Origin: a virus
Taxonomy: Duplodnaviria; Caudoviricetes
Virus record (IMG/VR): IMGVR_UViG_3300003375_000004
Span: 1-39,528 of that record
Length of the DNA: 39,528 nucleotides
Direction: 5' to 3' (one strand)
Shown: positions 35,145 through 39,528 of the stretch, one piece after another
Layout: each line of letters begins with the position of its first letter
Position numbering within the stretch: position 1 is the first letter of the stretch
Translations under genes and position numbers: made by a program
Notes under the pieces: generated by a model
Database searches by the model: none
Seen by the model: only the letters and a program-made list of their open reading frames with translations
What the model was told of the DNA's origin: nothing

Positions 35145-35749
35145 AAATCCATAATGTTGAGCAGCAGACCCCCGAATGGTTTGCCCTCCGTAAAGGCAAG
35201 GTAACGGCCAGCCACGCTACTGCTATCGGGAATTGTGGAAAAGGGCTAGATACTTACATCAGGGAAACTGTCGCTAAATATTTCTCTAGCGGCGAGGAGG
35301 AGCAGTTCTCTAACTCTCACACTGAGCGAGGTAATGAACTTGAAGCCCAGGCTCGCCAAGTGTATGAACTCAAAGAGGGTGTGTCGGTCACGCAAGTCGG
35401 TTTCGTGGAGTTGAATGACTATGTCGGGTGTAGCCCAGACGGTCTTATAGACGAACTCCCAGGTGGGTTAGAAATAAAATGCCCAAGCGACAAGGAATAT
35501 TTCAACATTTTAATGGACGGAGAGGGCGCGATATCCAGCGATTACCTGTGGCAGTGCCAGATGAATATGTTAATTTTAGAAAAGGATTGGTGGGATTTGG
35601 TGTACTACAATCCAAATTATAAAAGGTCGATGACAATATTTAGGTTATTCCCAGACAGGGCAAAACAAGAATCCCTTGAAAAAGGATTCGCAATCGCCGA
35701 AGAGGGAATAAAAAAGTTAAAAGAAAAATACGAAGAAAACATTTTATAA
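35141..35749 (+). CDS. YqaJ / lambda-exonuclease family protein
   Basis: EQQTPEWFALRKGKVTAS, RGNELE, GCSPDGL, LEIKCP, YLWQCQ. Confidence 0.95.
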   Translation: MKIHNVEQQTPEWFALRKGKVTASHATAIGNCGKGLDTYIRETVAKYFSSGEEEQFSNSHTERGNELEAQARQVYELKEGVSVTQVGFVELNDYVGCSPDGLIDELPGGLEIKCPSDKEYFNILMDGEGAISSDYLWQCQMNMLILEKDWWDLVYYNPNYKRSMTIFRLFPDRAKQESLEKGFAIAEEGIKKLKEKYEENIL

Positions 35750-35771
35750 AACCACTTAACGCAATTTCACT

Positions 35772-36026
35772 ATGATTAACAAAGCAAAAACCGAGATGCT
35801 GTCAGCAGTCCAGAGAACCTACAAGACAGCGGACGGAACTGAAAAATCAATCTACCGAAACATTGGAGAACTACACACCTGGTCTAAGGATGATGGCACT
35901 TCTTACCAGACAGTCGAGCTCTACCATATGCCAGGTAGTAAAATCGGGGTCTACGAAAATAAGGAAAAACCAACGCAGGCCAAACCGCAGGCCGAGGAAA
36001 TCCGAGTTGAAAATATCCCATTCTAA
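35772..36026 (+). CDS. Small SSB-like protein
   Basis: Follows ERF and exonuclease; beta-rich, with an acidic C-terminus ending EEIRVENIPF. Confidence 0.7.
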   Translation: MINKAKTEMLSAVQRTYKTADGTEKSIYRNIGELHTWSKDDGTSYQTVELYHMPGSKIGVYENKEKPTQAKPQAEEIRVENIPF

Positions 36027-36029
36027 AAA

Positions 36030-36282
36030 TATGTCTAGAATAAAAACCGAACGAAACTTACAGATGGTGTCGGATTACAAATACCATAAACCTCTATCGC
36101 AGATTGCTCGTGAAGCAGGCTTACACCCTTCCACGGCAAGAGCGTGTATTGTCAGAGAAATGGGGGAGCAGGAATATTTGAAGGTTAAGAAAAAAAAAAT
36201 TCAAACGACAGCAGTCAAGAATATGATGTGGTATTTAGGAAAGCGTAAATCCCTAGCAAATGGCCAAACCAAAACCAGTTAG
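36030..36282 (+). CDS. HTH protein
   Basis: From MSRIK: LSQIAREAGLHPSTARACI; start approximate. Confidence 0.65.
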
Positions 36283-36634
36283 TTATTATTCAAAAAAAGC
36301 CGACCACGCCCTCCAAGAATTGTTTCGTCTGAATCATTCTTCTTGCGAGGTGTGTGGCAACCCCGTCAGCTGCGCCCACCACTATTACCCTAAAAGCTCT
36401 GCCGGCAACCTCCGCTACAATTCCCTTAACTTAATCGCCCTCTGTGGCTCGTGCCACTTTAAACATCACAACGGTAATCCCGAAATACACAATCGGGTAA
36501 ACGAATTGAGGGGAGCTGAGTGGTTAGAGGAATTGCGGAAAGCCAAGCAGGTTCCTAATTTGGAATGCAACACTCGCAGGTATTATGTGGAAATGGAGAA
36601 AAGCCTTCGGGAGGAGATAAATAACTTTTTATGA
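36260..36634 (+). CDS. NinG-like HNH nuclease
   Basis: KKAD..CEVCG..CAHHYYPK..LRYNSLNLIALCGSCH. Confidence 0.8.
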   Translation: MAKPKPVSYYSKKADHALQELFRLNHSSCEVCGNPVSCAHHYYPKSSAGNLRYNSLNLIALCGSCHFKHHNGNPEIHNRVNELRGAEWLEELRKAKQVPNLECNTRRYYVEMEKSLREEINNFL

Positions 36635-37026
36635 AATTCTTCGGACAGATAGATAAAGAAGGGAAATTGGTAATCTTTGACTCTCGCAGTTATGACGATT
36701 ACATAGGCAGGCAGAAGAAGCACATCGGGATGGAAATCACCGTTCTCCCCCGGCGCAAGTATCGCTCATTGCCTCAGAATAATCTTTACTGGGCTTATCT
36801 AGGGATTATCTCTGAATATACGGGCTACGACACCGAGGAGCTTCACAGTTCATTCAAGGCAATGTTCTTGACTGATAGCCGGGGAAAGATTCCCCTAGTG
36901 AGGTCAACCACCTTGTTAAGCACCCAAGAGTTCACGCTTTATTTAGATAAAATTAGATTATTCTGTATTGAAACGCTAGGTATTCCAGCGGAAAACCTAC
37001 CCAATCCAGAATCTTACACAATATGA
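36631..37026 (+). CDS. NinB-like protein
   Basis: RSLPQNNLYWA...ELHSSFK...STTLLSTQEFTLYLDKI. Confidence 0.8.
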   Translation: MKFFGQIDKEGKLVIFDSRSYDDYIGRQKKHIGMEITVLPRRKYRSLPQNNLYWAYLGIISEYTGYDTEELHSSFKAMFLTDSRGKIPLVRSTTLLSTQEFTLYLDKIRLFCIETLGIPAENLPNPESYTI

Positions 37027-37244
37027 GCAATATCCCAAGCTGGGCTCCTCAATGCCCGAACCACGAATGCCCCCTAGAAGGACTACCATTCCCAATGCAA
37101 CCAAAAGGAACTGGTATGTGCCCCGTCAGTGGCCGTCCGTTTGATTACGAGGTTGACCTCGATGAGGCCGAAATGAAGGAAGCCGTAGACAAGTTCGGCA
37201 ACAAAACAAAAGTAGCGACTTGGAAAATTTCGGGGGAGGATTAG
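37023..37244 (+). CDS. Small zinc-ribbon-like protein
   Basis: CPNH...CPVS. Confidence 0.65.
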   Translation: MSNIPSWAPQCPNHECPLEGLPFPMQPKGTGMCPVSGRPFDYEVDLDEAEMKEAVDKFGNKTKVATWKISGED

Positions 37245-37312
37245 GTCGAGTCCTCAACCGGTAGAGAAAAGTTGTTTAATATAATTTATAAATTTTAAGA
37301 ACCAACTAAAAT

Positions 37313-37750
37313 ATGACTAAAGAAGAACGCAAAGAGGCGCTGGACGCCTTAAAGAATGAGATGGAAAAAGACGAAGACCATTCCAAGCTGAAAGGCTTGA
37401 AGGTGACCAAAAATGGCAATTCCATCACCTTGGAAAAAATCGGTGATAAAGATTGTGAGGAAGACGATAAAAACACCTATGTCTACAAGTCTTTCCCGGT
37501 GAAAAAAGAATGGCGCAATCTGATTGAAGATTTAAAAGACGCAGCCGACAAGTTTGATGATGAGATGGCGGAATGTGCCAAGATTGCTCTCGGTCTGAAA
37601 AAGAGAACTGACGCCGCCAAGGACAAGCGTGATGCTCGTAAAAATCTGTTTTGGTCCACTGTTCGCATTGACCTCGGTTTAGAGGACGAGGAACAGTTGA
37701 ACCTAAACTCGAAAGACGAAGAAATCCAAATCATTCGCAAGAAAAAATAA
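37313..37750 (+). CDS. Charged coiled-coil hypothetical protein
   Basis: 145 aa, K/E/D-rich. Confidence 0.75.
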   Translation: MTKEERKEALDALKNEMEKDEDHSKLKGLKVTKNGNSITLEKIGDKDCEEDDKNTYVYKSFPVKKEWRNLIEDLKDAADKFDDEMAECAKIALGLKKRTDAAKDKRDARKNLFWSTVRIDLGLEDEEQLNLNSKDEEIQIIRKKK

Positions 37751-37801
37751 GGTTTTACTCTGGGGGTTTCGCAGTAAGCCCTCAGGAATAAGATATTATT
37801 T

Positions 37802-39424
37802 ATGCCAAATTCATCGTCAAACTACTACGATATTGCCGCATTTGAAGAAATAAAACGGCAGATAGCTGCCGATATGATTAAAAACCAACAGCAGGCAATG
37901 GCGAGTGGCATTACTTACGGGGGAAGCTTTGTCCCATTCACCGACCCTTTAACGGGAGCTAATAAAAATAACAGTGCCAACGGCACTCCGAACACTATGA
38001 AAACGAAGGGGCTTTATAAAGTAGGGGATAAGGTTTATTTAAGACTTGGACATTCCTCTCGTGGTATAAGAGGTATCACATCAATGCTGACGGAGGGCAT
38101 AATTGTTAATGGCCTAGATTCGGACGGAGAATACCAAGTAAGTTGGCCTAACGGCGACAAAATGTATTACGAAGAAAAATGTTTAGTTTTAATAAATAAC
38201 AGCTCTAACGGAGCAAAAAATTCTATGACAAAATTTAAAATTGGGGACACAATAAAATTTAATAGTGGAGCCTTGGAAGACGGCGGAAGAAAATTTAAAA
38301 GTTACTTTTGTGATATTTATCCAGCAAACATACCGTCAAAAAGAATTAAACACGGGTCCACTATTATAGACCTGGATGTATATAAAAAAAATGGTTGTGA
38401 AATAGTCGACACCTATAACGAGTATCTTTTAGTAAAAGTGTTCACTGAAGATAATGACTTTATTATTTTAGGATGGAGGGAGGAACAGCTCCTTATGTTT
38501 AAGGAAAAAGGTAACAGTGGTAAGAATTCTAAAAAAATAGACACTAAAGACCTTGACTCAGTTATTATGCCCCAGGACGCTAAGGATGAAATTATTGCCG
38601 TTTTAAAACAACACGAAAACTGCTCTCGCTTGTTTGAGGAATGGGGCTTGTCCGAAACGATTGAATACGGCAAAGGGATGACCTTCCTTTTCTACGGGAC
38701 CCCTGGCACTGGAAAGACCTGGTGTGCCAACAGAATGGCCAAGGCTATCGGCACAACCCTGTTATCGATAACTCCTGCGGAAATACAGTCCCAAGAGCCT
38801 GGTGGGGCAAATAGAGCCATCCAGCAGGCCTTTAAAACTGCCTCCGAGAAAGGCCAAGTCCTTCTGATTGACGAATGCGACGGTCTTATCACTGAGCGTG
38901 GGGGTGTCGGGATGATTTTGAGCTCTGAAATTAACACCCTACTTACCGAGATTGAGAAGTTCGAAGGGGTCTGCGTTCTCACCACCAATCGAGCCGACAC
39001 TCTTGACCAAGCCCTGGAACGCCGTATCTCGCTTATCATAGAGTTCAAGGAGCCTAATAGAGAGGCTCGTGAGATGCTTTGGGGAAAGCTCTTGCCGTCT
39101 AAGATGCCTATTGGCAAGAATGTAAACCCCAGGGACTTATCGGCCTTCGTGCTCACTGGTGGACAAATAAAAAATGCCATCCTACAAGCAGCGAGAATGG
39201 CTATGTCCGAAAACGCTAAAAAAGTAGAGCTATCGCACATTGAGAACGCCATCCTCCGTATCAACCAGTCTAAGAATTTGCTAGGGACTGCTTCTCGCTA
39301 TCGCCAGGTAAGGGTCAGACAGGATGTCCAGCCCAGCGCCTCCGCAGACAAAGCAATCTCCGATGACATTGATGTGGAGAAAGTGATAAGGGAGAAAAAA
39401 GTAGAAGAAAAAGTTAAGGCTTAA
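37802..39424 (+). CDS. Classic-clade AAA+ ATPase with long N-terminal extension
   Basis: GTPGTGKT, LLIDECD, second region of homology TTNRADTLDQALERR, lid LTGGQIKNA. Confidence 0.95.
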   Translation: MPNSSSNYYDIAAFEEIKRQIAADMIKNQQQAMASGITYGGSFVPFTDPLTGANKNNSANGTPNTMKTKGLYKVGDKVYLRLGHSSRGIRGITSMLTEGIIVNGLDSDGEYQVSWPNGDKMYYEEKCLVLINNSSNGAKNSMTKFKIGDTIKFNSGALEDGGRKFKSYFCDIYPANIPSKRIKHGSTIIDLDVYKKNGCEIVDTYNEYLLVKVFTEDNDFIILGWREEQLLMFKEKGNSGKNSKKIDTKDLDSVIMPQDAKDEIIAVLKQHENCSRLFEEWGLSETIEYGKGMTFLFYGTPGTGKTWCANRMAKAIGTTLLSITPAEIQSQEPGGANRAIQQAFKTASEKGQVLLIDECDGLITERGGVGMILSSEINTLLTEIEKFEGVCVLTTNRADTLDQALERRISLIIEFKEPNREAREMLWGKLLPSKMPIGKNVNPRDLSAFVLTGGQIKNAILQAARMAMSENAKKVELSHIENAILRINQSKNLLGTASRYRQVRVRQDVQPSASADKAISDDIDVEKVIREKKVEEKVKA

Positions 39425-39427
39425 AAT

Positions 39428-39528
39428 ATGCTTTATAAATTATTTAAATTTTTATTCAGGAAACAATTTGAGGCCGACATTCAAGAGGAGGTGTCAAGGT
39501 GGGTCCTAAAATAGTATGGAAAATTATT
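39428..39528. repeat. Terminal direct repeat, right copy
   Basis: Identical to 1-101. Confidence 0.97.

Overview
The window is a complete, circularly permuted genome (about 39,427 bp; bases 1-101 are repeated at 39428-39528) of a tailed dsDNA phage with a P22-like podovirus layout. A leftward late arm (about 31800 to 5940) encodes terminase, portal, scaffold, capsid, adaptor, nozzle, fibres, a holin plus papain-like peptidase cassette, two ejection-type proteins and a PurD-like ATP-grasp gene split by an HNH endonuclease. A rightward early arm (about 31900, through the join, to 5870) encodes a replication initiator with internal ori, ERF, YqaJ, SSB, NinG/NinB-like proteins, an AAA+ ATPase and many small accessory genes. 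I saw no integrase, DNA polymerase, reverse transcriptase or tRNA. Sigma70 promoters, starts without Shine-Dalgarno sites and several protein motifs suggest a Patescibacteria (CPR) host; this is inference. The most notable observations are: an orphan DGR-type variable region with no RT or TR in the genome; an 18-bp repeat array that varies almost only at non-synonymous positions; a genes-in-pieces ATP-grasp enzyme whose HNH insert builds a hybrid promoter; four virion-module proteins with N-terminal signal peptides; and several long structured non-coding RNA regions. All family calls come from motifs recognised by eye; no database searches were run.
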